Positions 19,334 through 29,544 of a stretch of DNA of 48,449 nucleotides are shown one piece after another; the first letter of the stretch is position 1; each line of letters begins with the position of its first letter. A program made the translations under genes and the position numbers. The notes under the pieces were generated by a model, which searched no databases, was not told the origin of the DNA, and saw only the letters and a list, made by a program, of their open reading frames with translations. This stretch comes from Promethearchaeia archaeon (GTDB lineage Archaea; Asgardarchaeota; Lokiarchaeia; Sigyniarchaeales; SOKP01): the NCBI GenBank assembly GCA_029856125.1, contig JAHQWJ010000030.1, forward strand, positions 1-48,449, read 5' to 3'.

Positions 19334-19404
19334 TTTAATAACTCACCAGTAGCTTAGAGATTTAAATTAAGATAAGAATAATTTAAATTTTAGAATTAGA
19401 TAAC

Positions 19405-20736
19405 TTATAAAAAATTATCTATCGTTCTCTGATTTTTAACGAAATTAATTAATTTACTACTTTGTTTCCAGTATTTGTAGCTTACCATGAAACCCTCTGC
19501 CATTTTTTTTGTTGAATCGTTAAAATTGTCAAGGATTAGAGGGTTTCCTTTTGCCATAGCATCTTTAATCGACTCCCTGATAACCCATACACCTAAGGGT
19601 ACGATATAACCACCTTGTACTTCACGAAAGATTAGAACTCTAGCTTGTCTTCCAATTTTATATAAATACTCGCAAACCTCTTTTCGAGCCGCATAATAAG
19701 CACCGGTGATATTGCTAGCGTAATTCTTTCTGCCTTTGTAGAACTCAAAATCGGTCATTATCTGAGGTCTTAAGCTACGATTATCTCCATCAAGAGAGAT
19801 GTTCCATAAAGTATTAGGAGCCCATACCTCGTTCATCTCGTAAGTAAACTTACCGGGAAAAAGAAGTATTTTAAAGTGATTATCTAAGTATGTATTTTCA
19901 AAAATGCGATAATCGTCAATCTCAGGAAATTTTTTTATTTCCGTAATCAATGCTTTAGAAATAATATCGTCTACTGCAGTAATACTCCATCTTGTTGGAA
20001 CAATTCTGCGCTTTGTTTTTTTACCCAATAACCCAGCTGAAAAAACTCTCTTAATCGTTGATTCTGGAACATGTCCTTTAAAGTAGAGATATTCTGACAC
20101 CGCTTCAGTTGCATTTAAATCTGTATCGGAAACAACATAATCTACTTTTGGATGGATTTTTGTATTTTCTGTAATTCTTATCTTCTCAGTCATACCAACA
20201 GGTCCCATAGGTAACGCGTGGTTATCCATCATCATTCTAAGATTCATTTTTTCGAGCTTTGTTTCAGTATCTACAGGACGGGCGGCCATAGATAACTCTT
20301 GCGAGGTCTCAAGTAATCTTTGAACTTTTAAAGAAGGTGTGTTTTTACGACTTTTTTTTCCAATATTGACATCGATTTTAAAATTATTACGCACCAAACT
20401 ACTCCTATACCTAACAATGTCAATTAAGCTTTTTCCAAACCACAACTCGGGGGCATCTAAAATGTGATAATCTGAAATGTTTAAGTCTAATTCGAATTCT
20501 TGAAAGGGAACCAGTGGACCGAGATATACTTTTGGATAATTAAAATGACCGACGAAAAAACCTGGAGGGCTGGGTCCAAATAATTCAACATCTCTAAGAG
20601 TTTTATCGAATTCAAATGGAACAAGAGACTTTAAAACAGATTTTTTTAATAAGATTGGACAAGTTTTCTTACCACATAACAGTCTCGCTCCTTTGCAACG
20701 TAAGCAAATACCTTTTTCTGTTTGAGGTCGTACCAA
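19405..20736 (-). CDS. nreA: Nre-family archaeal DNA repair protein with C-terminal PIP box
   Basis: 'CLRCKG..LCG..CP', 'PTRWSITAVD', 'GAYYAAR', 'PLGVWVIRE', C-terminal 'QRTIDNFL'; TTG start. Confidence 0.9.
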   Translation of the reverse strand: MVRPQTEKGICLRCKGARLLCGKKTCPILLKKSVLKSLVPFEFDKTLRDVELFGPSPPGFFVGHFNYPKVYLGPLVPFQEFELDLNISDYHILDAPELWFGKSLIDIVRYRSSLVRNNFKIDVNIGKKSRKNTPSLKVQRLLETSQELSMAARPVDTETKLEKMNLRMMMDNHALPMGPVGMTEKIRITENTKIHPKVDYVVSDTDLNATEAVSEYLYFKGHVPESTIKRVFSAGLLGKKTKRRIVPTRWSITAVDDIISKALITEIKKFPEIDDYRIFENTYLDNHFKILLFPGKFTYEMNEVWAPNTLWNISLDGDNRSLRPQIMTDFEFYKGRKNYASNITGAYYAARKEVCEYLYKIGRQARVLIFREVQGGYIVPLGVWVIRESIKDAMAKGNPLILDNFNDSTKKMAEGFMVSYKYWKQSSKLINFVKNQRTIDNFL

Positions 20737-20923
20737 TCTTATGTCTCTTTAATAGTTATTCTATCATTTAAAAAAGATTCTATTATTATTAAAAAGGTAG
20801 ACGAGTATAAATTTTTAATATTTGTATTAAAGAAGCAACACACAAAGCACGATTAATTATTGGGAATAATCATTCTTAATCCAGTCATCAATTTATATAG
20901 AATGTAATCTAATAAGACTTATT

Positions 20924-21922
20924 ATGAAAGCGATTGTATGCACAAAATACGGGCCTCCGGATGTTCTCCAGCTCAAAGAGGTTGAAAAACCTACTCCAAA
21001 GGACAATGAAGTTCTGATAAGAATACATGCAGCAACAGTAACAATGGGGGATTGTGAGATGCGAAGTCTCAAATTCTCTTTCTTGTTGAGGTCCCTCATG
21101 CGATTAGCATTTGGTTTCAGAGGACCAAGAAAAAACCACTCTATACTAGGACAAGAGTTAGCTGGTGAAATTGAAGCAGTAGGTAATGAAGTAAAACAGT
21201 TTAAGAAAGGAGACCAAGTTTTTGCTGTCACCGGCTTTCACTTTGGTGCTTATGCTGAATATGTATGCCTGCCTGAAGAACGGAAGGAAGGAGCAGTGAT
21301 ATTAAAGCCAGACAATATGACCTATGAAGAGGCTGCCGCCGTTCCTATTGGAGGATTTGAGTCATTGCATTATCTTAGAAAAGCAGATATTCAGAAAGGA
21401 CAAACAGTTCTTATTAGTGGAGCCTCTGGAAGTATAGGTACAACTGCGATACAGCTCGCTAAATACTATGGGGCAGTAGTAACCGGGGTAGGCAATCCCA
21501 AGAGTTTAGAAGTGATGAAATCCATAGGAGCCGATAAAGTAATTGATTACACTAAAGAGGATTTTACCGAAAGTGGTGAGACCTATGATGTCATTTTTGA
21601 TGTCATAGGCAAGAGTCCGTTTTCAAGTTGTGTAGGTTCACTAAATGAAAAAGGAACCTACCTTTTAGCCAACCCAAAGATGTCATTGTTTAATCGAGAG
21701 AAAAGGGCTTCAAAGAAAAGCGACAAGAAATATATAAGTGGAACCACGGGCACCACAACCAATATGACTGAAGATTTACTTTTCATCAAAGAGCTTATTG
21801 AGGCGGGGAAGCTAAAAACAGTCATAGATAGACGCTATCCGTTGGAACAAGTTGCCGAGGCTCACAGGTATGTTGAAACAGGACAGAAAACGGGAAATGT
21901 AGTAATAACTTTTGGATCATAG
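20924..21922 (+). CDS. MDR-family NAD(P)-dependent oxidoreductase (zinc-free, quinone-reductase-like), copy 1
   Basis: 'MKAIV..YGPPDVL', 'GASGSIG', 'GADKVIDY', 'VIDRRYPL'. Confidence 0.9.
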   Translation: MKAIVCTKYGPPDVLQLKEVEKPTPKDNEVLIRIHAATVTMGDCEMRSLKFSFLLRSLMRLAFGFRGPRKNHSILGQELAGEIEAVGNEVKQFKKGDQVFAVTGFHFGAYAEYVCLPEERKEGAVILKPDNMTYEEAAAVPIGGFESLHYLRKADIQKGQTVLISGASGSIGTTAIQLAKYYGAVVTGVGNPKSLEVMKSIGADKVIDYTKEDFTESGETYDVIFDVIGKSPFSSCVGSLNEKGTYLLANPKMSLFNREKRASKKSDKKYISGTTGTTTNMTEDLLFIKELIEAGKLKTVIDRRYPLEQVAEAHRYVETGQKTGNVVITFGS

Positions 21923-21990
21923 TAATAAAATCTTACATTTTGGGACAATTTTTAAAAATTAATATCAATCAAAAAAGGAAAGATACACCG

Positions 21991-22968
21991 ATGAAAGCGA
22001 TTGTATGTACAAAATTCGGATCCCCGGATGTTCTTCAGTTCAAAGAGGTAGAAAAGCCTACTCCCAAGGACAATGAAGTGCTAGTAAAAGTTCATGCGGC
22101 ATCCGTAAATGCCTCTGATGTGGAGATCATGAGAGGTAGGTACCAACCTCCCTTTTCTCGAAAACCAAGATACGAGATACTCGGATCTGACATAGCGGGG
22201 CGGATTGAAACGGTTGGCAGTAATATAGAGCAGTTTCAGCCAGGTGACGATATATTCGGGGACTTATTCGGTTGTGGTTGGGGCGCTTTTGCGGAGTACG
22301 TATGTGTTCCCGAAAAGGTATTAACATTGAAACCGGCCAGCATGACGTTCGAGGACGCAGCAACCTTACCTCAAGCAGCAATCGTTGCCTTGCAGGGTCT
22401 TCGCAAGAAAAGACAGATTCAACCAGGACAAAAGGTTTTGATTAATGGTGCGGGTGGTGGTATGGGTACGTTTGCAGTGCAGATTGCCAAATTATTCGGG
22501 GCTGAAGTGACTGGTGTGGATAGCGCGGAGAAATTGGACATGCTCCGTTCGATAGGTGCAGACCATGTCATTGATTACACTCAAGAAGATTTCTCCAAAA
22601 GTGGACAGCGTTATGACTTGATTCTTGATGTAGCGGGACATCATTCGATAAGGGATTACAAGCGTGCTTTGAATCCTAAGGGAATTTTAGCCGTGGTTGG
22701 AGGTTCTAAGGGGACACTTCTCCAAGCTGTGTTCCTAGGACCGCTGATTTCAATATTCGGAAGTAAAAAAATGGGTATCCTAGCTTGGAAACCAAACAAA
22801 AAAGAAGATTTAGCTTTTCTAATAGAACTTCTTGAAGCCGGTAAAATAGTTCCTGTTATAGATAGACGTTACCCGTTAAGTGAAGTTGCTGAAGCACTCC
22901 GATATCTTGAAGACGGACACGCCCAAGGAAAATTAGTAATAACTGTGGAACGCAATAACAAAACCTAA
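21991..22968 (+). CDS. MDR-family NAD(P)-dependent oxidoreductase, copy 2
   Basis: Same motifs ('GAGGGMG', 'GADHVIDY'); start moved to the ATG at 21991 to match the paralog N-terminus MKAIVCTK. Confidence 0.9.
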   Translation: MKAIVCTKFGSPDVLQFKEVEKPTPKDNEVLVKVHAASVNASDVEIMRGRYQPPFSRKPRYEILGSDIAGRIETVGSNIEQFQPGDDIFGDLFGCGWGAFAEYVCVPEKVLTLKPASMTFEDAATLPQAAIVALQGLRKKRQIQPGQKVLINGAGGGMGTFAVQIAKLFGAEVTGVDSAEKLDMLRSIGADHVIDYTQEDFSKSGQRYDLILDVAGHHSIRDYKRALNPKGILAVVGGSKGTLLQAVFLGPLISIFGSKKMGILAWKPNKKEDLAFLIELLEAGKIVPVIDRRYPLSEVAEALRYLEDGHAQGKLVITVERNNKT

Positions 22969-23159
22969 CAAAACAGTGCATTTTTAAGAAATCGAGGGTT
23001 TTTCTTGCCAATTTTATATTTTATAATTTTAATACTGAATTTATTTTATCCTTAATCGTTGAGCGCTTAATCCTCTTAAGAATATTCATCGAGACATATA
23101 AATTTTCTAATTTTTATCTACTGATAATAATCCTTAGTTCCAAATAGAGGTAAAATAAT

Positions 23160-23513
23160 ATGACTGAAAGTTTAGATAAAGAAAAACCTAAGGAAATAGA
23201 AAAAGATGAAAGCAAACCTTCAAAATTAATAGCCTCTCCACAGATATGTGCTGTAGAAAACGATGATAGTACTGGATTTGATATAGAAGTTTATTTACCA
23301 GGGGTTGATAAAGAAACTATTACGTTGAAAATGGACAGTGAATTTATCCATGTTTCTGGCGAAACTGACACATTGAAGTACACAGGATTTTATAGTTTAT
23401 GCTGTCCTGTAGAACCAAAAAAAGCTACAACAAAATACAAAGAAGGGTTGCTTAAAATCCATGTTCCTTATAGGGAAGTAGAAATGCAAACTATAGATGT
23501 TAAAATAGATTAA
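23160..23513 (+). CDS. Hsp20/alpha-crystallin small heat-shock protein
   Basis: 'EVYLPGVDKETI', 'KYKEGLLKIHVP'. Confidence 0.85.
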   Translation: MTESLDKEKPKEIEKDESKPSKLIASPQICAVENDDSTGFDIEVYLPGVDKETITLKMDSEFIHVSGETDTLKYTGFYSLCCPVEPKKATTKYKEGLLKIHVPYREVEMQTIDVKID

Positions 23514-23556
23514 AAAAAAAAATTATTTTTTAAAATTTAACCTAATTGAAAAGGTG

Positions 23557-23727
23557 ATGGGTATATCTCGCAAGTTGGATGAATGTGTAGAAAAAATTGA
23601 GGAAAAAAAAGTTTTGCCTCATAAAACTATAAATCTCTTAAAAGGTATGGAGTACGATGCTAGAGTTTTAGAAGAAGAAATATGTGAGAATTTAGAAGAA
23701 GAAAATGATAAAAAAGTAAATGACTAG
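23557..23727 (+). CDS. putative small acidic protein, 56 aa
   Basis: Manually translated MGISRKLDECVEKIEEKKVLPHKTINLLKGMEYDARVLEEEICENLEEENDKKVND; fills the gap between hsp20 and the convergent GH3 gene; not in the ORF track. Confidence 0.5.
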   Translation: MGISRKLDECVEKIEEKKVLPHKTINLLKGMEYDARVLEEEICENLEEENDKKVND

Positions 23728-23735
23728 CATCAAAA

Positions 23736-25781
23736 TTAATCGAAATATTCAATCTCCTTTTGTAAATGTATATCTCGGGAAGAACTTCCAAGAAGGATGT
23801 TAAATGTTCCAGATTCAACAACCCAACTATGGGTTGAGTCATCATAGAAGGAAAAATCACCCGAGGTTAAATTGAACTCTACTGTCTTTCTTTCATTTTG
23901 TTCTAGTTTCACTTTCTCAAATTTTTTTAATTCTTTTGGAGGGCGATCAGTACTGCATTCAATATCTTGAACATAGAGTTGAATAATTTCCGCACCTGAT
24001 CGGCTACCTGTATTAACGAGATCAACAGACACAGTAACGATATCGTCTTTGGAAAATTTTTCTTTATCTAGTTTGAGATTCTCGTATTTAAAAGTTGTAT
24101 AAGATAACCCATATCCGAAAGGAAATAATGGTTCCATTTCTTCCTTATCAAAATAACGATACCCAACATAGATTCCTTCGTCGTAAAAAACATTTTCCTC
24201 GACTCCTGGAAAAGTTCGCTCAGAATTATGAGCGGGGGAGTCGGAAAGCTTTTTAGGAAATGTTAAGGGTAATTTTCCCGAAGGATTCACATCCCCAAAT
24301 AAAATATCTGCAATCGCGTTTCCTACCTCCATACCTCCATACCACGCTTCAACAACCGAAGGAACGCTATCAATCCACTCGTTCATAGGAATAGGGCTCC
24401 CATTTATGAGAACAACAATGGTTTTAGGGTTTTGTTTTACGGTTCTCTTAATTAATTCAATTTGTTCTAACGGCAAGTTAAAAGATTTCCTGTCTTCCCC
24501 TTCAGCATCCATACCATGTTCATGATTGAGTCCGGCGAATAAAATTGTTACTTCTGCCTTTGATGGAGTTTCTATTATTTCTACTCTATCCTTACATTTT
24601 TGTTTTAAACCCTCGAGAGGTGAAATCTCGTATGGAGGAAAATTAGCTGAGCTACCTCCGTCAGAGAATATACCGCCTCCTACTAATTTAAAATCTGCAT
24701 TTGGGCCAACAATAGCTAACTTTTTCAGTTTATCTATATTTAACGGCAATATAGCGTCGCTATTTTTCAATAGTACTATTCCATTTTCAGCTATCTTGCG
24801 AGCTAATGCTTGATGTTTGGGTGTGTTTCTATTTCCACTAGGGAGCGTACTTTTGTCGTCAAATTGTCCTACTAAAAACATAACTCTTAGTAATCTTGTA
24901 ATATTGTCATTAAGAGTCTCTTCTGAAAATTTACCTTCTTGAAAGGCGTTTCTCATATTTCGCTTGCTTAACTTTTTTGATGTGGGCATTTCAAGAGACA
25001 ATCCTGCATTAACACACCCTTCTGTACTTGTGTAGGCTGTGCCATTCCAATCTGAAACTGTAAATCCTCTAAAACCCCAGTTTTCCATCAATCTTTCTCT
25101 CAGTAGATTATAATTCTCTGATCCATAGATCCCATTTACTTTATTATAACACGTCATAAATGACCAGGCATCAGCTTCTTGAACGGTTGCTTTAAAGGCG
25201 GGTAAATATATCTCTTGAAGTGCTCGTTCGCTCACTTCTGAATTAACTGTAAGCCTATTTGTTTCCTGATTATTACATATATAATGTTTTACACAAGCAG
25301 CGATTTTCTGGCTTTGAATTCCTTTTACTGTAGCAACAGCAAGAATTTTATTTAAATGTGGGTCCTCTGTTTGATACTCAAAAGTCCTTCCATTCATTGG
25401 AGTTCTTTGAATATTAATTCCAGGAGCAAGTAGCATATGAGCGCCGACTTCACGAACTTCTTCGGCTATAGCCTTTCCAAACGCGTAAGATAGTTTAGGA
25501 TCCCATGTAGCGGCCCTACAAATAGTAGAAGGAAAATAAGTACTCTTTGTTTTACCCATCGAGTCAGGTCGAACCCCATGAGGCCCATCGTACATCGTAA
25601 ATGATTTTACACCCAACCTTTTAATAAATTTAGTGTTCCACATTAATCTTCCCGAACATAACTTAAATTTTTCCTCAAGAGTTAATCTGCTTAATAAATC
25701 TTTAACTCGCTCTTCTAACTCTAAACTTTCATCCCTAAACGGAAGTTGGGATAATTCTTCTTCTGAATAAGTTTTACTCAC
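23736..25781 (-). CDS. GH3 beta-glucosidase with Fn3-like C-terminal domain
   Basis: 'DGPHGVR', 'LAPGINIQR', 'CVKHY', nucleophile 'VSDW', 'PSGKLPLTFP', 'FPFGYGLSYT'. Confidence 0.93.
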   Translation of the reverse strand: MSKTYSEEELSQLPFRDESLELEERVKDLLSRLTLEEKFKLCSGRLMWNTKFIKRLGVKSFTMYDGPHGVRPDSMGKTKSTYFPSTICRAATWDPKLSYAFGKAIAEEVREVGAHMLLAPGINIQRTPMNGRTFEYQTEDPHLNKILAVATVKGIQSQKIAACVKHYICNNQETNRLTVNSEVSERALQEIYLPAFKATVQEADAWSFMTCYNKVNGIYGSENYNLLRERLMENWGFRGFTVSDWNGTAYTSTEGCVNAGLSLEMPTSKKLSKRNMRNAFQEGKFSEETLNDNITRLLRVMFLVGQFDDKSTLPSGNRNTPKHQALARKIAENGIVLLKNSDAILPLNIDKLKKLAIVGPNADFKLVGGGIFSDGGSSANFPPYEISPLEGLKQKCKDRVEIIETPSKAEVTILFAGLNHEHGMDAEGEDRKSFNLPLEQIELIKRTVKQNPKTIVVLINGSPIPMNEWIDSVPSVVEAWYGGMEVGNAIADILFGDVNPSGKLPLTFPKKLSDSPAHNSERTFPGVEENVFYDEGIYVGYRYFDKEEMEPLFPFGYGLSYTTFKYENLKLDKEKFSKDDIVTVSVDLVNTGSRSGAEIIQLYVQDIECSTDRPPKELKKFEKVKLEQNERKTVEFNLTSGDFSFYDDSTHSWVVESGTFNILLGSSSRDIHLQKEIEYFD

Positions 25782-25981
25782 TTTATTTGACCTTTTTCTA
25801 CTTATTATAAATTTAATTAAAATAATAGAAAAAATATTTTTTTCAATATTTTATTCTACTATTACAATCCTCTAATTGTGGTTTATTCTAATAATCATTC
25901 TACTTAATTGAAACTTATTGTTTTTTGAGGCTTAGAAAACGATAAAGGTGGATATGACAGTCTCATTGCGTCATTTCTAAT

Positions 25982-25995
25982 AAAAAAAAAAAAAA
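25982..25995 (-). terminator. T14 terminator tract of the LRR gene
   Basis: 14-A run on the plus strand, 8 nt past the TAA at 26004. Confidence 0.55.
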
Positions 25996-26003
25996 CTCTT
26001 CTT

Positions 26004-26591
26004 TTAGTTTAAAATTCTTACATTTTTAAGATGGATGGAATCTGATAATGGATTGTTAGTAATGTTTAAGGTTTCTAAGTTGGGAAGGTTAGCTAAATTA
26101 TCTATTTTTCGGATTTGATTATTTGATAAATTTAGGTGCTTAAGGCTCTTTAATCTCTCTAAACCTTCAATATTTGTTATTTGGTTATCGCTCAAATCTA
26201 AAGTTTGCAAGTCTTCTAAATTTTCCAGATTTTCAACTTTTCGAATTTTGTTATTATTTAGTAATAGTTCCTTCAATTTTTTTTGATGATCTAGGTGTTC
26301 AATTTTAGAAATTTGATTACCACCTAATTCTAATTCTTCTAAATTAATAAGGGCATCTAATCCATTAATTTCTTGTAGCAAATTAGATTCTAAATGAAGT
26401 TTTCTTAAGTTAACAAGATGATTCAACTTTTCAATAGTAGTTATATTATTCGTCTCTAAATAGAGGCCCTGTAGATTGGAGTATTTTTGTAAGTTTTTTA
26501 TATCACTTATGCGATTAATATCCAAATGATTTAAATAAAGATCATTATTATTTAAGAAAAATTTTTTCTTATTTATCTTGACATATTCCAT
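26004..26591 (-). CDS. leucine-rich repeat protein (SDS22-like 22-aa repeats)
   Basis: About 7 repeats of LxxLxLxxNxIxxIxxL. Confidence 0.9.
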   Translation of the reverse strand: MEYVKINKKKFFLNNNDLYLNHLDINRISDIKNLQKYSNLQGLYLETNNITTIEKLNHLVNLRKLHLESNLLQEINGLDALINLEELELGGNQISKIEHLDHQKKLKELLLNNNKIRKVENLENLEDLQTLDLSDNQITNIEGLERLKSLKHLNLSNNQIRKIDNLANLPNLETLNITNNPLSDSIHLKNVRILN

Positions 26592-26718
26592 AGGAGATAG
26601 TTAGAAACTCCCCCTTTTTAGTAAATCGAATAAAAATTATAACTAAAACGATTTGTCAGTTTATAATTAAAAAGTAACATATAAAAAATTAGGTGTCTCC
26701 TTCTCTAAGATGGAGTAA

Positions 26719-27309
26719 TCAAATTTTTCTGCATAATAGTTCACCTTTTCCAATAGGAACTATTAAAGCATCGACGCGTTCATCTGATAGGGCTTTTTCA
26801 ATCATGGGTTTTAAGGTATCATAATGGTTAATTGCATTATCGGCTACTAACAAACCTCCTTTTACCATATTCGGGATGATTAGATCGTAACACTCGTCAT
26901 AAACTTCCTTTTCAGCGTCTAAAAAGCAAAAAGATATGTTTTTCTCCTCTTTTAAAAAATCTCGAGCATCTCCTTCTGTTAATTCAACATATTTCGTCAT
27001 TTTACTCTCTCGAAATGTCTCTTTTGCAAGTTTTATCTTTTCTTTTAAAATTTCAAATGTTTTGATTTTGATACCTCTTTCTATACATGCGAGCGCTATC
27101 CACATAGTAGAATAACCGCCACTAGTTCCAATTTCTATAAATTTTCCATTAGGAGCACCAGCAGCTAAAATTGAAAGAAATTTGCCCGTCTCAGGAGGGA
27201 TCTGACGAAGTCTTTCCATTCGAGGCGTCCCATCAGCTCTATCTTTAGAGTCAAGACTCTCGAGATAGTTCATTCTTCTTATTACAAGTTTTGAGATGTT
27301 ATGAAACAT
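26719..27309 (-). CDS. class I SAM-dependent O-methyltransferase (YrrM/COMT-like)
   Basis: '[11 protein letters not shown]', 'FLDAEK', 'GGLLVADN'. Confidence 0.88.
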   Translation of the reverse strand: MFHNISKLVIRRMNYLESLDSKDRADGTPRMERLRQIPPETGKFLSILAAGAPNGKFIEIGTSGGYSTMWIALACIERGIKIKTFEILKEKIKLAKETFRESKMTKYVELTEGDARDFLKEEKNISFCFLDAEKEVYDECYDLIIPNMVKGGLLVADNAINHYDTLKPMIEKALSDERVDALIVPIGKGELLCRKI

Positions 27310-27565
27310 AATATTTCACTTGAATTGTCTATTAACTTATAATAAATATAACAATTATATATTAATTATCAATGAAGCATGAATTACTTCGGACAAACAT
27401 TTAAAACAGCAATAAGCCATAGATAGCTCAAGTCACTCTACTGATCAGATAAGATACCAAACCAATGTATAAAATTTCGTCTCTAAATTAACCCCCTTTT
27501 ATTTTATTGAAAATTTATTTTTAAATGAAGAAACACATCCTAATTTATAAAACAAAATTTTCAAG

Positions 27566-28765
27566 TTGAATAAATTGAGCTTTAAAATAAAAAACAATGT
27601 ATATTGGGTAGGGAAAACAGATTGGGATCTCAGAAAATTCCATGGAAATGAATATTCTACTAATCGTGGTTCCACCTACAATTCTTACCTAATTAGAGAA
27701 GAGAAAAATGTCCTTATTGACACCGTATGGATGCCCTTTTCAAAAGAATTCGTTGAAAATCTCTCAAAAGAAATTGACTTAGATAAAATTGACTATGTTA
27801 TAGCTAATCACGCAGAAATAGATCATAGCGGTGCACTTCCTGAGCTTATGGAACGCATACCAAACACTCCAATTTACTGTACAGCTAATGGCGTTAAGTC
27901 GTTAAAAGGCCACTATCATAAAGATTGGAACTTTAAAGTGGTAAAAACGGGGGATACGTTAGATTTAGGAAACGGTAAGCAGTTAATCTTTGTAGAAATG
28001 AGAATGCTTCATTGGCCTGATAGTATGGCATGCTATCTAACGGGAGACAATATCCTGTTCAGTAACGATGCTTTTGGTCAACATTACGCCACGGAATATA
28101 TGTATAACGATCTTGTTGATCAAGATGAGCTATTTACGGAATGTATCAAATATTACGCTAACATTTTAACCCCATTTAGTGCTTTTGTCGATAAGAAAAT
28201 CAAGGAAGTTTTAGCTCTAAACATTCCAATAGATATTATTGCAACAAGTCATGGAGTTATTTGGAGAGATAATCCAACTCAAATTGTAGAAAAATATTTA
28301 ACCTGGGCTAACGATTACCAAGAAAACCAAATTACAATATTATACGATACAATGTGGGATGGAACAAAAAGAATGGCCGAAGCTATTGTAAAAGGAATTC
28401 TGGAGATCGATAAGAAAGTTAATGTTAAATTGTATAATATAGCAAAAAGCGATAAAAACGACCTAATTACAGAAATCTTTAAATCTAGGATTATACTAGT
28501 AGGATCACCTACTATAGGTGGAGGAATTCTATCTGGTGTTGCCGAAATTTTGGAGATGATTAAAGGAATGCGTTTTAAAAACAAGAAAGCTGCGTCATTT
28601 GGTTGTTATGGGTGGAGTGGAGAATCAATAAAGGTTATAAAGGAACATTTAGAAAAGAGCGGTTTTTCTATAATTAATGACGGTATTCGCGCTTTATGGA
28701 ACCCCGATGATGTAAGTTTGGAAAAATGCGTAGAATTCGGTAGAGAAATAGCTAAAGCAAACTAA
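27566..28765 (+). CDS. fprA: flavodiiron protein (FprA type, O2/NO reductase)
   Basis: 'GSTYNSYLI', 'NHAEIDHSG', 'LHWPDSM', 'SNDAFGQH', flavodoxin domain 'YDTMWDGT', 'FGCYGWSGE'. Confidence 0.92.
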   Translation: MNKLSFKIKNNVYWVGKTDWDLRKFHGNEYSTNRGSTYNSYLIREEKNVLIDTVWMPFSKEFVENLSKEIDLDKIDYVIANHAEIDHSGALPELMERIPNTPIYCTANGVKSLKGHYHKDWNFKVVKTGDTLDLGNGKQLIFVEMRMLHWPDSMACYLTGDNILFSNDAFGQHYATEYMYNDLVDQDELFTECIKYYANILTPFSAFVDKKIKEVLALNIPIDIIATSHGVIWRDNPTQIVEKYLTWANDYQENQITILYDTMWDGTKRMAEAIVKGILEIDKKVNVKLYNIAKSDKNDLITEIFKSRIILVGSPTIGGGILSGVAEILEMIKGMRFKNKKAASFGCYGWSGESIKVIKEHLEKSGFSIINDGIRALWNPDDVSLEKCVEFGREIAKAN

Positions 28766-28902
28766 ATTTTTTTTTACATTTTTTTAATTTTAGATAGTAA
28801 TGTGTTGAACTCTGTATAGAACGGTTTAATTGGAATAATAAAATTGAGAAATGATTTCCCTTTACTGGTAAAGTTTTTTTGATTTGTATTATTTTTTCTA
28901 TC

Positions 28903-29544
28903 ATGTCTCAAGATATCGTACAAATTAAGCTTAGCATAGAAATCCCGCAAGATAAATGGCTAGCAACTTTCAATAAAAAATATCCCGAATTGAATTTTCA
29001 TATTCTATCTATCTTTCCTATTGGAGAGAGTTCAGGGATTACATCGTTTCAAATAAGGGGTTCCTCTGTAAAACGTTTTATTTCCGATTTTAAAAAAAAA
29101 TCAACTGAGGGAACTGCCCAAATCTTGTACGAAGGTGAAGACCTTGTAATATTGAACGTAAAGGAAGGTGATCCATGGATATTAAATACCTTAGTTAAAA
29201 CTGAGCTTTTGATATCTTATCCTGTGCTTGTAAAAGGTGGTAAAATCAGAATAGAAGCTATAACAAATCGTTCAAAAGTAGATAGATTTTTAACACAGCT
29301 GAAAAAGAAAGACATAAAAGCGAAAATCGAGCGCATAGGGTATTATTATAAATCGACTCTCCTCACTCAAAGACAAGATGAAATTTTAAATCATGCATAT
29401 CAAAAAGGATACTTTGACATTCCAAGAAGTGTTTCATTAACCGAATTCGCTAATGATTTAAACATTTCAAAATCTGCTCTTTCTGAAACATTGAGGAGGA
29501 TTTTTAAGAAATTAGCTAATAATCACATTAATTCTAGCAATTAA
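28903..29544 (+). CDS. transcriptional regulator with C-terminal Bat-like HTH (HTH_10)
   Basis: 'LTQRQDEIL..AYQKGYFDIPR..SLTEFA..LNISKSALSETLRR'; ATG at 28903 preferred over TTG at 28879. Confidence 0.88.
   Translation: MSQDIVQIKLSIEIPQDKWLATFNKKYPELNFHILSIFPIGESSGITSFQIRGSSVKRFISDFKKKSTEGTAQILYEGEDLVILNVKEGDPWILNTLVKTELLISYPVLVKGGKIRIEAITNRSKVDRFLTQLKKKDIKAKIERIGYYYKSTLLTQRQDEILNHAYQKGYFDIPRSVSLTEFANDLNISKSALSETLRRIFKKLANNHINSSN

Noticed and set aside
21940-21990. TTG-initiated N-terminal extension of the second MDR
   Set aside because: Paralog alignment and the purine-rich element before 21991 indicate the ATG at 21991
25932-25980. Stem-loop ATGAC...GTCAT with TTAGAAA/TTTCTAA flanks, considered as SECIS or ncRNA
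   Set aside because: Short stems, no tandem G-A quartet geometry, and no adjacent in-frame TGA gene
27310-27565. Possible small gene or remnant between the O-methyltransferase and fprA
   Set aside because: The minus-strand frames behind the GGGGG SD-like run close within about 20 codons; no similarity recognised
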